This document shows, piece after piece, positions 27,002 to 36,990 of a stretch of 58,636 nucleotides of DNA (the first letter of the stretch is position 1; each line of letters begins with the position of its first letter). The notes below the pieces were generated by a model. That model was not told the DNA's origin. It did no database searches and saw only the letters and a program-made list of their open reading frames with translations. The translations under genes and the position numbers were made by a program. Origin of the DNA: Bdellovibrionota bacterium (lineage in GTDB: Bacteria; Bdellovibrionota; Bdellovibrionia; Bdellovibrionales; JAEYZS01); the NCBI GenBank assembly GCA_963169805.1, contig CAUJDY010000019.1, positions 1 through 58,636 on the forward strand. The letters run 5' to 3'.

Positions 27002-27643
27002 ATGGCAAAAAATAACGCGATCAAAAATAGCGGCATCCACAAGGCTACTAATAGGCGAGTTGATGCTCGGATAGACGTCAGTGCACTCCAGTACAAAGTG
27101 GCCTTTGTAAATCCGCAGGATGTGGAGTCTGATGTGCTCTTGCACAATATTAGTCTTGGGGGAATAGGTATTGTGTCTCAAGATGAGATGCAAATTTCTG
27201 ATCGTGTTCATTTTTGTTTTGATCGATATACCAATCATTATTTTTCGGGAACAATCAAATGGGTGGAAAGGCTTCGAGACGCTAAGACATTTAAATATGG
27301 AATTCAGTTTGATATTGGCAGTGAAAAAGATCTTGAAGTTGTAAATGCCTTTGTTACTCAAATATTTATTCAGATGCCAAAGGAATTTATTATTATTAAA
27401 GCCATCGAGTTGTTTACTTCTGGGCAAATGCTTCAAAATCAACTGAAACTTAAAGAAGTAGAGCAGATGATCATCAAAGATGATATTAAATCATTCGTTA
27501 AAAATATGAGTGGAAAAATAGAAAGTTCAATTAAAGACATTCCTAATTCTAAGGATCTTATTCTGAACTTTCTATATCAGATGTATATGTTGAAGGCCGA
27601 TGTCGATCAGTTTCAAGCTGATGTGGATACAAAGTATCACTAA
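27002..27643 (+). CDS. Stand-alone PilZ-domain protein with a C-terminal helical extension (start trimmed to MAKNNAIK)
   Basis: Canonical c-di-GMP-binding motifs RRVDAR (RxxxR) and NISLGGIGI ([D/N]xSxxG) in the correct spacing. Confidence 0.75.
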   Translation: MAKNNAIKNSGIHKATNRRVDARIDVSALQYKVAFVNPQDVESDVLLHNISLGGIGIVSQDEMQISDRVHFCFDRYTNHYFSGTIKWVERLRDAKTFKYGIQFDIGSEKDLEVVNAFVTQIFIQMPKEFIIIKAIELFTSGQMLQNQLKLKEVEQMIIKDDIKSFVKNMSGKIESSIKDIPNSKDLILNFLYQMYMLKADVDQFQADVDTKYH

Positions 27644-27667
27644 ACAGCGACTTGCAAATATTGTTTC

Positions 27668-30265
27668 TTAGCCTTCAGTAACGACCAGCTTATCGTTTTT
27701 AACATCTATTTTGACTCTTGAGTTATCTTTGATATCGCCCGAGATTACTTTTTTTGCTAATTCGGTCTCAAGGTGTCTTTGAATGTATCTTTTAAGAGGG
27801 CGTGCTCCGTAAACGGGATCATAGCCAGCCTCAGCAAGATACTTCTTAGCTTGAGTCGATATATGTAGTTCAATCTGTCTATCCTTGAGTCTTGCACGGA
27901 TAGATTCCAATTGAATGTCCACAATCTTTTCAATTTGATCTAAATGCAACGGGCTAAATAAAATTACTTCATCAATTCGGTTTAAAAATTCTGGGCGAAA
28001 ATGTTGCGACAACTCTCCAAGAACTTTTTTTCTTGTTTTTTCTGGGATTTCTTTTGATTCCTTAAGTTCCTCAATAAGGATTGGGGCGCCAATATTTGAT
28101 GTCATGATCACAACAGTATTTTTAAAGTTTACTGTTCGTCCTTGCGAATCTGTACATCTACCATCATCTAAAATTTGTAATAAAATATTAAAAACGTCAG
28201 GGTGTGCTTTTTCTATTTCATCAAATAGAATCACTGAGTAAGGTTTTCTTCTGACGGCTTCAGTGAGCTGGCCGCCCTCGTCATAGCCAATATATCCTGG
28301 AGGAGCACCTATAAGGCGTGAAACCGCATGTTTCTCCATGTATTCACTCATATCAATACGAACAACGTTTTCTTCTGAGTCAAAAAGTGTTTCCGCAAGT
28401 GTTTTGGCAAGTTCTGTCTTTCCTACTCCTGTAGGTCCTAAAAATAGAAATGAACCAATTGGACGTTTTGGATCTTTAATTCCTGCTCGTGCTCTTAAGA
28501 CTGCATTAGAAACTAATTCAACAGCGTCTTCCTGGCCAATGACTCTTTGATGGAGGATTTCTTGAAGTTTTAGGAGTTTTTCTTTTTCACCCTGCAAGAG
28601 TTTGCGCACAGGAATTCCTGTCCAACGGCTTACTATGTCTGCAATCTCATCTTCGTTCACTTCCTCTTTTAAAAACTTTGACTCTTTAGTTTCACTGTTT
28701 TCTAGGGATTTAATTTTTTTCTCAAGCTCAGGTATACGACCTAATTTAAGTTCTGCTGCTTTGTTGAGATCATAGCTGCGTTCAGCTTTTTCTAATTCAT
28801 TTCGCGCTTGCTCAAGCTGTTCGCGGATTTTTCTAACATCCTGAATGGAGCTTTTTTCATTATCCCACTGGGCCTTCATCTCTTTAAACTGAGCTTTTAA
28901 GTCTGCAATTTCTTTTTGAAGTTTCTCGAGTCTTTTTAAAGAGGCCGTATCTTTTTCTTTTTTTAAAGCTGTTTCTTCTATTTCAAGCTGCATGATACGG
29001 CGATTGATTTGATCTAGCTCAGAGGGCATAGAGTCCAAATCTGTTCTTATTTTCGCGCAAGCTTCGTCTACCAGATCAATCGCCTTGTCTGGTAAAAAAC
29101 GGTCGGTAATGTATCTGTCTGACAGCACAGCTGCAGAAACAAGCGCGCTATCTTGTATGCGTACGCCGTGGTGAACTTCAAACCTTTCCTTGAGTCCTCG
29201 TAAAATTGAAATGGTATCTTCCACGTTGGGTTGGTCAACAAGAACAGTTTGAAATCGTCTCTCAAGAGCAGGATCTTTTTCGATATACTTTCTGTATTCA
29301 TCTAAAGTTGTTGCTCCAATACAGTGAAGCTCTCCGCGAGCTAGCATAGGTTTTAAAAGCTGTCCAGCATCCATCGCTCCGTCTGATTTACCTGCACCAA
29401 CAATAGTGTGAAGTTCATCAATGAACATCAGGATTCGCCCCTCTGCCTGTTTCACTTCATTAAGCACGGCCTTGAGTCGTTCTTCGAATTCGCCACGGTA
29501 TTTTGCTCCAGCAACGAGAGCTCCCATATCCAGTGCAAAAACGATCTTATCTTTTAATCCTTCAGGCACATCACCGCGTACAATTCTTTGTGCAAGACCC
29601 TCTGCAATTGCTGTTTTACCAACTCCTGGTTCTCCTATGAGTACGGGGTTATTTTTTGTTTTACGAGATAAAATTCGAACAACTCTTCGAATTTCCTCAT
29701 CTCGCCCTATAACCGGATCTAGCTTTCCGTTTTGTGCTTCCTTCACAAGATCGCGTCCGTATTTTTCAAGTACATTGTAGGTATCTTCTGGATTTTGTGA
29801 TGTCACTTTCTGACTCCCTTTGATTGCTTGTAGTGATGTTTTAAATTTATCTTTTGTGATTTGATGTTTTTTGAAAATCTCGAATACATTCTTGGGCTCC
29901 TGAGTTTCAAGGAGTGCAAGTATAATGTGCTCGACAGAAATGTATTCGTCCTTTATTTTTTTAGCCTCTGTTTCAGCGTTCATAAGAAGCTTGTTGAATT
30001 TTTGTGTAATATAAATTTTTGAATCATCAGCTCCAGATCCTGTCACTTCTGGCTTTTTCTTAAGTTCCAATTCTATTTCTGATAGAAGTCCAGACAACTG
30101 AACTCCCATCTTTTTTAGTATTTCTGGGATAAGGCCCTGTTGTTGAGAGGCAACACTATAAATTAAGTGTTCTGCATCAACATCTTGATGTTTAAATCTG
30201 ATTGCAGTTTTTTGTGCGTCTTGTAGTGCCTGCTGAGTTTTTGTTGTAAATTTGTCGATATCCAT
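27668..30265 (-). CDS. clpB: ATP-dependent chaperone/disaggregase ClpB
   Basis: 865 aa with two AAA+ modules ([10 protein letters not shown] and [12 protein letters not shown] Walker A), a long M-domain coiled coil, and a Clp N-domain. Confidence 0.97.
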   Translation of the reverse strand: MDIDKFTTKTQQALQDAQKTAIRFKHQDVDAEHLIYSVASQQQGLIPEILKKMGVQLSGLLSEIELELKKKPEVTGSGADDSKIYITQKFNKLLMNAETEAKKIKDEYISVEHIILALLETQEPKNVFEIFKKHQITKDKFKTSLQAIKGSQKVTSQNPEDTYNVLEKYGRDLVKEAQNGKLDPVIGRDEEIRRVVRILSRKTKNNPVLIGEPGVGKTAIAEGLAQRIVRGDVPEGLKDKIVFALDMGALVAGAKYRGEFEERLKAVLNEVKQAEGRILMFIDELHTIVGAGKSDGAMDAGQLLKPMLARGELHCIGATTLDEYRKYIEKDPALERRFQTVLVDQPNVEDTISILRGLKERFEVHHGVRIQDSALVSAAVLSDRYITDRFLPDKAIDLVDEACAKIRTDLDSMPSELDQINRRIMQLEIEETALKKEKDTASLKRLEKLQKEIADLKAQFKEMKAQWDNEKSSIQDVRKIREQLEQARNELEKAERSYDLNKAAELKLGRIPELEKKIKSLENSETKESKFLKEEVNEDEIADIVSRWTGIPVRKLLQGEKEKLLKLQEILHQRVIGQEDAVELVSNAVLRARAGIKDPKRPIGSFLFLGPTGVGKTELAKTLAETLFDSEENVVRIDMSEYMEKHAVSRLIGAPPGYIGYDEGGQLTEAVRRKPYSVILFDEIEKAHPDVFNILLQILDDGRCTDSQGRTVNFKNTVVIMTSNIGAPILIEELKESKEIPEKTRKKVLGELSQHFRPEFLNRIDEVILFSPLHLDQIEKIVDIQLESIRARLKDRQIELHISTQAKKYLAEAGYDPVYGARPLKRYIQRHLETELAKKVISGDIKDNSRVKIDVKNDKLVVTEG

Positions 30266-30283
30266 TAGCTACCTCTTCCTACA

Positions 30284-30311
30284 ATTGTGAGTATGAAATA
30301 GGAGAAGTCAA
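30284..30311 (-). promoter_or_regulatory. Candidate promoter for clpB (sigma70-like hexamers)
   Basis: Minus strand reads TTGACT (30311..30306), a 16-nt spacer, then CACAAT (30289..30284). The RBS AGGAAGAGG follows. No clear sigma32 or CIRCE element was seen. Confidence 0.3.
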
Positions 30312-30495
30312 CAGACGTTAGCCTTTTTTATGAGTTGCTCTTTGCGTGTGAAATTTTAACTTTTAAATCAAAATAATAAGATAGGAACGAACGAAAGACG
30401 TAAATTGTCATTTTTTGTTGGGCTTGACAAAAAAATAGACGCTCTCAAGTTTAGGGTGTGGCAACAGAGGTTGCTTAAATAAATAGGAGGTAAGT

Positions 30496-30960
30496 ATGAG
30501 ATACTTATGGAAACCAAATACAAATGTAGATTCAAGAAATTTTTTAGATACTCGTTTTCAGTCTCTGGTGGATGACTTATTTAAGGATTTTAGTCTAGAG
30601 CAATGGCAACAGAAGAATGCTTCTCGATTTGTTCCAAAAATTAATGTCATGGAGCGAGAGCATGAGTATGTGATAACAACAGAATTACCAGGTCTTGAGG
30701 AGAAAGACTTTGAAGTGAGTATGGAAGATGGAGTTTTAAGAATTAAAGGAGAGAAAAGACATCATTTCGAAGAGGGAGATAAGGCGACATCCTACCGGTA
30801 TGAGTCTTCATACGGCGCCTTTGAGCGTGCCCTAACACTTCCGGAAGGTATTGATTTGGAGAAGTCTAAGGCACAGTTTAAAAATGGTCTGCTTACTTTA
30901 ACTATTGCCAAAAATAAAGCAGAGTCTAAGGTTCATAAGTTCAAAATTGACACTCATTAA
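30496..30960 (+). CDS. Small heat-shock protein (Hsp20/alpha-crystallin family)
   Basis: Alpha-crystallin core PKINVMEREHEYVITTELPGLEEKDFEVSMEDGVLRIKGEK...YGAFERALTLPEGID...AQFKNGLLTLTI. RBS TAGGAGG. Divergent from clpB. Confidence 0.9.
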   Translation: MRYLWKPNTNVDSRNFLDTRFQSLVDDLFKDFSLEQWQQKNASRFVPKINVMEREHEYVITTELPGLEEKDFEVSMEDGVLRIKGEKRHHFEEGDKATSYRYESSYGAFERALTLPEGIDLEKSKAQFKNGLLTLTIAKNKAESKVHKFKIDTH

Positions 30961-30986
30961 CCTCTAGAATCCCCCTAGAGTTCTTG

Positions 30987-31008
30987 ACCTGCTCCGAAAG
31001 GAGCAGGT
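30987..31008 (+). terminator. Hairpin downstream of the hsp20 gene (possible terminator or attenuator)
   Basis: ACCTGCTCC-GAAA-GGAGCAGGT, a 9-bp stem with a GNRA-type loop. The T-tract is weak. Confidence 0.4.
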
Positions 31009-31036
31009 ATCTTTATGTAAATTTCTAGGAGGATTT

Positions 31037-31417
31037 ATGAAAAAAGCAGTTCGTTCGGAGTTAGCACCGAATCCAGTGGGTCCATATTCTCAAGCAATAC
31101 AACAGGGGCCGTTTTTATTTTGCTCGGGTCAAGTTTCAATAGATCCAAAAACAAATGAAGTTTTAAAAGGATCTGTAAAAGAGCAAGCTCAGCTCGTTAT
31201 GAAAAATATCGAGGCTGTTTTATCGGCTGCAGGCTTGAACTTTTCTCATGTGGTTAAAACAACCATTTTTTTAACAGACATGAATGATTTTGGTCAGGTA
31301 AACGAAATCTACGCGAGCTACTTCAAAGAGCCATATCCAGCACGTTCAACTGTAGCTGTTTCTGCGCTTCCAAAATCTGTTAATGTTGAGATAGAAGTTT
31401 TAGCCTACAAGAACTGA
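31037..31417 (+). CDS. ridA: RidA/YjgF-family reactive-intermediate deaminase
   Basis: 126 aa. APNPVGPYSQAI..GPFLFCSGQVSIDP...VVKTTIFLTDMNDFGQVNEIYASYF..PYPARSTVAVSALPK...VEIEV. Confidence 0.9.
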   Translation: MKKAVRSELAPNPVGPYSQAIQQGPFLFCSGQVSIDPKTNEVLKGSVKEQAQLVMKNIEAVLSAAGLNFSHVVKTTIFLTDMNDFGQVNEIYASYFKEPYPARSTVAVSALPKSVNVEIEVLAYKN

Positions 31418-31428
31418 TTGGTAGAGAT

Positions 31429-32007
31429 TTGAGCTTTCGTCCAAAATCACTTTCATTTCAAATGATTTTTGTCATCAGTGGAATTTTAGTTTTACTGTTT
31501 TTTATTTTCTTTTTAAGAGAATATCAAAACGTTGTTTCTCAAAAATCAAACGCATGGACAGAGGATACGACGGGTGATTGTGCTGTTGTTTTGACTGGAG
31601 GGAGGGGGCGTGTCAAGGAGGGATTCTCGCTCCTAGCGCGAGGTTCAATTCGCAAGCTTATTATCTCTGGTGTTTATGAAAAAGCCCAATTGAAAGATCT
31701 ATTTCCAGAGCTTATTTTTATCAGTACAATCAACCCGGATGATATCATTTTAGAGAAACACTCTCAGACAACATATGGAAATGCATTGCAGACACGAACA
31801 CTCGTGGAGGCATTAAAGTGTAAAGATCTTGTGCTGATTACCAGTCAAACACATATGTACCGTGCATATAAAACATTTAGAAATCATTTTCCAAAAGAAT
31901 TTACGATTACTAAAAGATCATTAACTGCAGGCAGTTATAATCATGAAGTCATAGAGTCCATGGAAGAAGCTCTAAAGTCTTTATTCTATTCTGTTTGGAC
32001 GTATTAA
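31429..32007 (+). CDS. DUF218 (SanA/ElyC/YdcF-like) membrane-anchored protein
   Basis: N-terminal TM helix, then CAVVLTGGRGRVKEG...LIISGV...TYGNALQTRTL...LVLITSQTHMYRA, the typical DUF218 core. TTG start. Confidence 0.7.
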   Translation: MSFRPKSLSFQMIFVISGILVLLFFIFFLREYQNVVSQKSNAWTEDTTGDCAVVLTGGRGRVKEGFSLLARGSIRKLIISGVYEKAQLKDLFPELIFISTINPDDIILEKHSQTTYGNALQTRTLVEALKCKDLVLITSQTHMYRAYKTFRNHFPKEFTITKRSLTAGSYNHEVIESMEEALKSLFYSVWTY

Positions 32008-32981
32008 GACGCTTTTTTAATTTCGACTTTGAAAAGTGTGCGGAACACTTTAATAAGAGCCGGATCATATTTTCCGCTTTCTGTTAAGAGAAGCGCGAGA
32101 GCGTCTTGAGGTGTGTAGAGTGCCCGGCCACCTCGGCGAGTTGTAAGTGCACTAAATGCATCAGCTATTGCAACAACACGGGCAGGATAAAAGATTTCAG
32201 GGCCACGAAGTCCTCTTGGATATCCAGTCCCATCCCAGTGCTCGTGATGTTGTTCAATAACAAGTTTTACTTCTTCTGGAAAACCTTTAAGCTGATTCAC
32301 CATTTCTATTCCCATTGCTGGGTGGCTTTTAACCTTGGCCCACTCTTGAGGTGTTAGCTGGCGATTCACGCTATCAAAATCTTCTGGTAGTTTACTCATT
32401 CCAAGGTCATGTAGAAGACCTCCTAGTCCTATGATGCTAAGAGTTTTTTCATTGTTATTTTGAGCTGCCTTAGCAAGTAAGATCGAAAATACAGACGTTG
32501 CAATCGCATGTCTGCATGGATATGCCTCTTGTCTTGAAAGATTAATGAACGTTGCCAAATTTTTTGGGTCTACTTTTAGTATATCAATATAGCTCTTAAT
32601 AATAGTTTGTGTTCTACGTAGGGAGTGTTCGTCAAAAACCTTGTCCTCGTATATTTCAAAGAGAGTTTGTTCTGTGAGTTCCTCTATCGCCTTTTGTGCT
32701 TCCGCTAGATTGAATTCTTTTGCATCTTTAAGTTTGTGAACAAGAACTTCGGTGGCACTGATATAGTCTCTTCTTTCAGATCTATGAATATATAATTGCT
32801 GAACACCTTTTGCAGAGTAGTGTTCAAAACGCTCTTTATCAACAATGTCTCCTTTTTTGAATATTAAAGTGAATTTATCAATGCTTAACTGAACATACAC
32901 TCCAAAGGGAAGTTGTCCTGTCATTGAGAGCAGGTTATCGATGCTGATTTCTGAATAATCCTTATACTTAACTTGAGACAT
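32004..32981 (-). CDS. HD-GYP-domain c-di-GMP phosphodiesterase (start trimmed to MSQVKYKDY)
   Basis: GGLLHDLGM (HD) and HHEHWDGTGYPRGL (GYP) motifs. The N-terminal domain is uncharacterised. Confidence 0.85.
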   Translation of the reverse strand: MSQVKYKDYSEISIDNLLSMTGQLPFGVYVQLSIDKFTLIFKKGDIVDKERFEHYSAKGVQQLYIHRSERRDYISATEVLVHKLKDAKEFNLAEAQKAIEELTEQTLFEIYEDKVFDEHSLRRTQTIIKSYIDILKVDPKNLATFINLSRQEAYPCRHAIATSVFSILLAKAAQNNNEKTLSIIGLGGLLHDLGMSKLPEDFDSVNRQLTPQEWAKVKSHPAMGIEMVNQLKGFPEEVKLVIEQHHEHWDGTGYPRGLRGPEIFYPARVVAIADAFSALTTRRGGRALYTPQDALALLLTESGKYDPALIKVFRTLFKVEIKKAS

Positions 32982-33135
32982 GATTTTATATCGGTATCTA
33001 GAGGGGTGAACTGAAAGAAAACCCAAGTTTTAGCGAAAGGCTTTCGTCGAGAATGTGGGTTAAGTTTTTGGCTTGTGTCTCAAATTGAATCAGTTTGGAG
33101 TCATCTTTAATATAATCTCTTCCGATAAAGCATAG

Positions 33136-33660
33136 ATGAAAATAAGCTCTACTGTCGTTCCTACATCAGTATCTCTTTATAGCCCGGAAAAGGTCGGTAT
33201 TTCCATGGAGGCTGTAGGAACTGATTTTATTCAAATGCAAGAAAAAGAAATTCAAACAAAGTGGTTTCGATCTCATGAAACAGAGACAGATATTTTTGTT
33301 TGGTATGACTCTCAAGGAAAAACAATCAAACAACAAGTTATCCATATGGGAGTTGTTGTAGAGTGGAATATTCTTGATGGCGTTCGCACTGGTATTCTTT
33401 TTGATACAGAGATACAGCCTGCGGTTAAGAATACACAGACTGGAGAAGAGGCGTCAGAGGCTGTGAGTGAGTCCATTCAGTACGACAATATAATACAGAG
33501 GCAGTGCCTCATCACAGCGCTAGAAATTGTCAAGCATTCTAAATGTATTGATGGAGATCTGAGAGCTAATCTATTTAGGAATTTTTCACAAGAATCCATA
33601 CAACCAGATCGTGGTGGTTTTTTAAATATGCTACTTAAATTTATATTAGGACGTAAATAG
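33136..33660 (+). CDS. Hypothetical protein
   Basis: 174-aa ORF in an otherwise gene-free interval. No motif recognised and the start is uncertain. Confidence 0.4.
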   Translation: MKISSTVVPTSVSLYSPEKVGISMEAVGTDFIQMQEKEIQTKWFRSHETETDIFVWYDSQGKTIKQQVIHMGVVVEWNILDGVRTGILFDTEIQPAVKNTQTGEEASEAVSESIQYDNIIQRQCLITALEIVKHSKCIDGDLRANLFRNFSQESIQPDRGGFLNMLLKFILGRK

Positions 33661-33729
33661 AGCTTTACTTGTGGAATAAATCAACAGAACAGTTTTGACA
33701 GTCATATGCCTTTGGCGTAGCCTTGTTTC

Positions 33730-34962
33730 ATGAAGACCTCTTGGCTTTTCTTTAAAAAATATATCCTATCGAAAAATTCTAATTCAACGACACGCAGAAT
33801 TTCATTTTTATGTTTTTTGGGTATATCTGTTAGTGTGATGGCAGTTACTGTTATTATAAGTGTTATGAATGGCTTTGGTGAGGCCATAGAATCTAGAATG
33901 TTAAATTTTGAACCACATATTGTAGTCAAATCTGATTCACCGGAAAGCCTTGAGAAACTTCAAAAAACTCTTCTGTCTGAAGAAGTTCGTTCTTATGTTT
34001 TTTATCAAGATCAAGTTATTATTCGAACTATAGATGGGCAGTATTCGGGGGCCATTGCAAGAGGTCTTGCAGAGGAATCACTACAGCAGTTTGTCCAAGC
34101 GTCTCGGCAAGTTCAGCAAAGTCGTGTGAAGAGACTATCGTGGGGAGAAAAAGTTGAATCGCCACTTGTTTTGGGAGCAGATGATATTCTTATTGGAAGT
34201 GATCTAGCTTACCAACTTGGAGTTTTTATTGGGGATCAGCTGGTTATGACTCCTCCTGAAACTTTATTGCTTCCCCAGGGGGAGATTCCGGCGGTATCTA
34301 AGAAAACCATTCAAGATGTTGTTCGTACAGGTGTTCAATCTTTTGATGGACAATTTATTCTGTACTCAAAGAATAGAGGTGTTCTCTTTAAAGATTCTGT
34401 CAGCCACGAGGTCTTACTTGAAATTTATTTATCACAGCCTAAATTTTTAGATAAAGTTTTAAATAAAATTCCTTCTTCTTTTCATGTGGAAACGTGGAAA
34501 GAGCGAAATTCTGCTTTATTTTATTCTCTTAAAATGGAAAAGAATCTAATTACTTTTTTCCTTTTGCTTGCTATTTTAATTGGATCATTCTCTATCGTTA
34601 CAATCTTGATCCTTCTAGCTACACAAAAAAGACAAGAAATAGCAGTACTCATTACATTAGGCATGAATCAAAAAAGAATTTCTAATATGTTTACTCATAT
34701 TGGTTTTTTCATATCAAGCTTAGGTGTTTTGGTCGGGTTTATGATTGGGCTTATACTTTGTGTTTTTTTAGACCGTACAACTTTTATTCAACTGCCAGAT
34801 ATTTACTATGATCGTAGTCTGCCTGTACAGTTTGTTCCCGTGTTTTATATGTGGGTATTACTTTTTAGTCTGATAATAGCTTTATTGAGTTCCAATTTGC
34901 CAGCAAGGTGGTTCTTGCGTTTTTCACCTCAAGATATTCTTCGTAAAAACTTTAAAGGCTAG
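33730..34962 (+). CDS. LolC/LolE-type (FtsX/MacB-fold) lipoprotein-release ABC transporter permease
   Basis: 410 aa with an N-terminal TM helix, a large periplasmic domain, and a C-terminal FtsX-like 3-TM bundle (NLITFFLLLAILIGSFSIVTILILLATQKRQEIAVLITLGM). Confidence 0.8.
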   Translation: MKTSWLFFKKYILSKNSNSTTRRISFLCFLGISVSVMAVTVIISVMNGFGEAIESRMLNFEPHIVVKSDSPESLEKLQKTLLSEEVRSYVFYQDQVIIRTIDGQYSGAIARGLAEESLQQFVQASRQVQQSRVKRLSWGEKVESPLVLGADDILIGSDLAYQLGVFIGDQLVMTPPETLLLPQGEIPAVSKKTIQDVVRTGVQSFDGQFILYSKNRGVLFKDSVSHEVLLEIYLSQPKFLDKVLNKIPSSFHVETWKERNSALFYSLKMEKNLITFFLLLAILIGSFSIVTILILLATQKRQEIAVLITLGMNQKRISNMFTHIGFFISSLGVLVGFMIGLILCVFLDRTTFIQLPDIYYDRSLPVQFVPVFYMWVLLFSLIIALLSSNLPARWFLRFSPQDILRKNFKG

Positions 34963-35115
34963 TTAAGCTTGAATAGGTCTTGCCTATTTCAGTTTAGAGC
35001 CAGACTTAAGTTTGAGTTTAAGATGGCTCTGGAGCCTTTTTATATGTAATCTTTGAGCCAGCGTCTGGGCACAGGTATAATAAAACATTGTAGGGCTATG
35101 TCCGAAGGAGTCGGT

Positions 35116-36105
35116 ATGTTCACACGTATGTGTTTAGTTGTATCTTTGTGTTTTGGATTTTCTACTCTAGCAGCAGAAAAGGTACGTAAAGTTAAATTGG
35201 CGGACGTTCTTTTGCATGTATCGGCTAAAGCATCTCAAGTAAGGCAATTGAAAGATTTCGGTCGACTTTTAAATTTATCAGAACAAACAAAGAGTGAATA
35301 TTTAATTTTTTTAAAAAGTAAAAAGCTGGAACTGGCAGGAGCATCAAACCTCAATGTGAATGGAGCTACTTTGGTTCTTGAGGATGCTAATGTTCAAATT
35401 TTACTGAGTGATATTTCAAAGGGCTTTGTGGAAGTGAACAAAAAATCTATACAAGTGGTTAAGGGAGAGTCTCTTGAGGAGCGTTACGCAAAATTTTTAG
35501 CAGCACTTTCTCATAAATCTTTTATTCGTTCTATATTTTTTGAACAGGCTTTTGCAGCGGATTCAGTTCAGGCAGCGGCAACTCAAACTATGATTTTAGT
35601 AGAAAGTGTATCTCATCTTATTGAGCTTTGTATTTCTGGGAACAAGAGATCGGATGGTTCCATTGCAATTTGTCCTCTTGCTAGAGATTCTTTTGCTTTA
35701 AATGATCTGTATGCGGATGAGTTTCCAATTGATTTAAAGTGTAGAGATGGAAAGCCAGATTATCTTAAGACGGATAAGAGAAGGCTCAGTTTTTTTAGTG
35801 GATCTAATGCATATGGCGAAGCTAAGGAATCAGTTAAAGAAGCCGGAAAAGAAGTCTGTGTTGCAAGAGATTATATGAGCTATAGGTCTCAGGATAACGT
35901 TTCTATCGCTCAAGGAATGAGTGCTTCTCAGTGTCTTTCACTGCTTAAGTTTGCGAACAGCTGCTGCGGAGACGAGGATCAATGTCTTAATTCATTAGGG
36001 CTTTTGATAGATGAAACCAAAACAAAAGATCTTTATGATAAAAAATTTGCCCCTAAGGGGGGTACTCCTGGGAGACAATGGGACAAAGGCAGCGGCAAGC
36101 AATAA
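35116..36105 (+). CDS. Secreted Cys-containing hypothetical protein (start trimmed to MFTRMCLVVSL, preceded by GAAGGAG)
   Basis: GAAGGAG sits 5 nt upstream of the ATG at 35116. Signal peptide MFTRMCLVVSLCFGFSTLAA. No family recognised. Confidence 0.6.
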   Translation: MFTRMCLVVSLCFGFSTLAAEKVRKVKLADVLLHVSAKASQVRQLKDFGRLLNLSEQTKSEYLIFLKSKKLELAGASNLNVNGATLVLEDANVQILLSDISKGFVEVNKKSIQVVKGESLEERYAKFLAALSHKSFIRSIFFEQAFAADSVQAAATQTMILVESVSHLIELCISGNKRSDGSIAICPLARDSFALNDLYADEFPIDLKCRDGKPDYLKTDKRRLSFFSGSNAYGEAKESVKEAGKEVCVARDYMSYRSQDNVSIAQGMSASQCLSLLKFANSCCGDEDQCLNSLGLLIDETKTKDLYDKKFAPKGGTPGRQWDKGSGKQ

Positions 36106-36109
36106 TTCC

Positions 36110-36170
36110 AAAAGGTGCCAGGCACTTGGAAACGTATATGCAAAACGTTTCCAAGTGCCTGGCACCTTTT
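36110..36170. terminator. Very long perfect hairpin (about 25-26 bp stem) acting as a probable bidirectional terminator
   Basis: AAAAGGTGCCAGGCACTTGGAAACG (36110..36134) is the exact reverse complement of CGTTTCCAAGTGCCTGGCACCTTTT (36146..36170). It fills the 67-nt gap between convergent genes. Confidence 0.7.
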
Positions 36171-36172
36171 TG

Positions 36173-36982
36173 TTAGACGCTTAAGTCAAACTCTCTTAGG
36201 GTCTGATTGAGAGAAGTTTTTTTGTCTGTACTTTCTGTTCTTTGACCAATAATTAGTGCGCACTGAGTTTGATAGGTTCCTGCTGGATAGCTTTTGGCAA
36301 CTGTTCCTGGAATTACAACGGAGTTTTTTGGAACATAACCTTTTATTATTTTCTCTTGGCTTTGAGTGACATCAATAATTTTTGTGGAAGCTGTAAGAGT
36401 TACTCCAGCAGCGAGCACCGCCCCTTCTTCAACTCGAACTCCTTCTACAACAATACAACGACTTCCAACAAAAACATGGTCTTCAATTATCACTGGAGCG
36501 GCTTGGGCTGGCTCTAAAACACCACCAATACCTACACCTCCGCTTAAGTGAACATTCTTACCAATCTGTGCGCAAGATCCAACTGTAGCCCATGTATCGA
36601 CCATTGTACCTTCATCGACATAAGCACCGATATTCACATAGGAAGGCATTAATATACACCCTGAATGTATAAAAGATCCTTTTCGTGCAATAGCAGAAGG
36701 GACAACGCGAACTCCATCGGAGAGTGCCCAGTCTTTTAAGGGGATTTTATCTATAAATTTTAAGACGCCAGACTCCATGACAGACATTTTTTGCGTTCTG
36801 AAATAGAGGAGTATTGCTTCTTTAATCCAGGCGTGTGTTGTCCATGCTCCATTAATTTTTTCGGCCACTCGAATTTTTCCGCTATCTAGCTGCTGAATCG
36901 TTTCTTGAACAACTCGTTGCAATTCCGGAGTATCAATTGGTAGTTCATTTTTAAATCCACGATGAATTAAATCTTGTTTCAT
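36173..36982 (-). CDS. dapD: 2,3,4,5-tetrahydropyridine-2,6-dicarboxylate N-succinyltransferase
   Basis: Near-identical blocks to E. coli DapD as I recall it: LMPSYVNIGAYVDEGTMVDTWATVGSCAQIGKNVHLSGGVGIGGVLEP. Confidence 0.95.
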   Translation of the reverse strand: MKQDLIHRGFKNELPIDTPELQRVVQETIQQLDSGKIRVAEKINGAWTTHAWIKEAILLYFRTQKMSVMESGVLKFIDKIPLKDWALSDGVRVVPSAIARKGSFIHSGCILMPSYVNIGAYVDEGTMVDTWATVGSCAQIGKNVHLSGGVGIGGVLEPAQAAPVIIEDHVFVGSRCIVVEGVRVEEGAVLAAGVTLTASTKIIDVTQSQEKIIKGYVPKNSVVIPGTVAKSYPAGTYQTQCALIIGQRTESTDKKTSLNQTLREFDLSV

Positions 36983-36990
36983 GAGTATCC

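Noticed and set aside
26996-27442. 148-aa antisense ORF inside the PilZ gene, plus N-terminal extensions of the dcd (to 26954) and PilZ (from 26897) ORFs
   Set aside because: The extended starts make the divergent genes overlap by about 60 nt. Internal Met starts give family-typical N-termini (MILTDAEIL for Dcd).
29421-29780. 119-aa antisense ORF within clpB, and similar ORFs in maeB (45918..46259, 46470..46757)
   Set aside because: Ser/Pro/Arg-rich antisense translations of highly conserved genes. They are shadow ORFs.
30421-30456. Sigma32 heat-shock promoter or CIRCE operator upstream of hsp20
   Set aside because: CTTGACA resembles the sigma32 -35 element (CTTGAAA), but no CCCCAT-like -10 follows at 13-17 nt. 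No TTAGCACTC-N9-GAGTGCTAA element is present. I cannot support a specific heat-shock element.
33702-33929. 75-aa antisense ORF over the lolC/E start
   Set aside because: It overlaps the well-supported permease N-terminus, has no features of its own, and is probably spurious.
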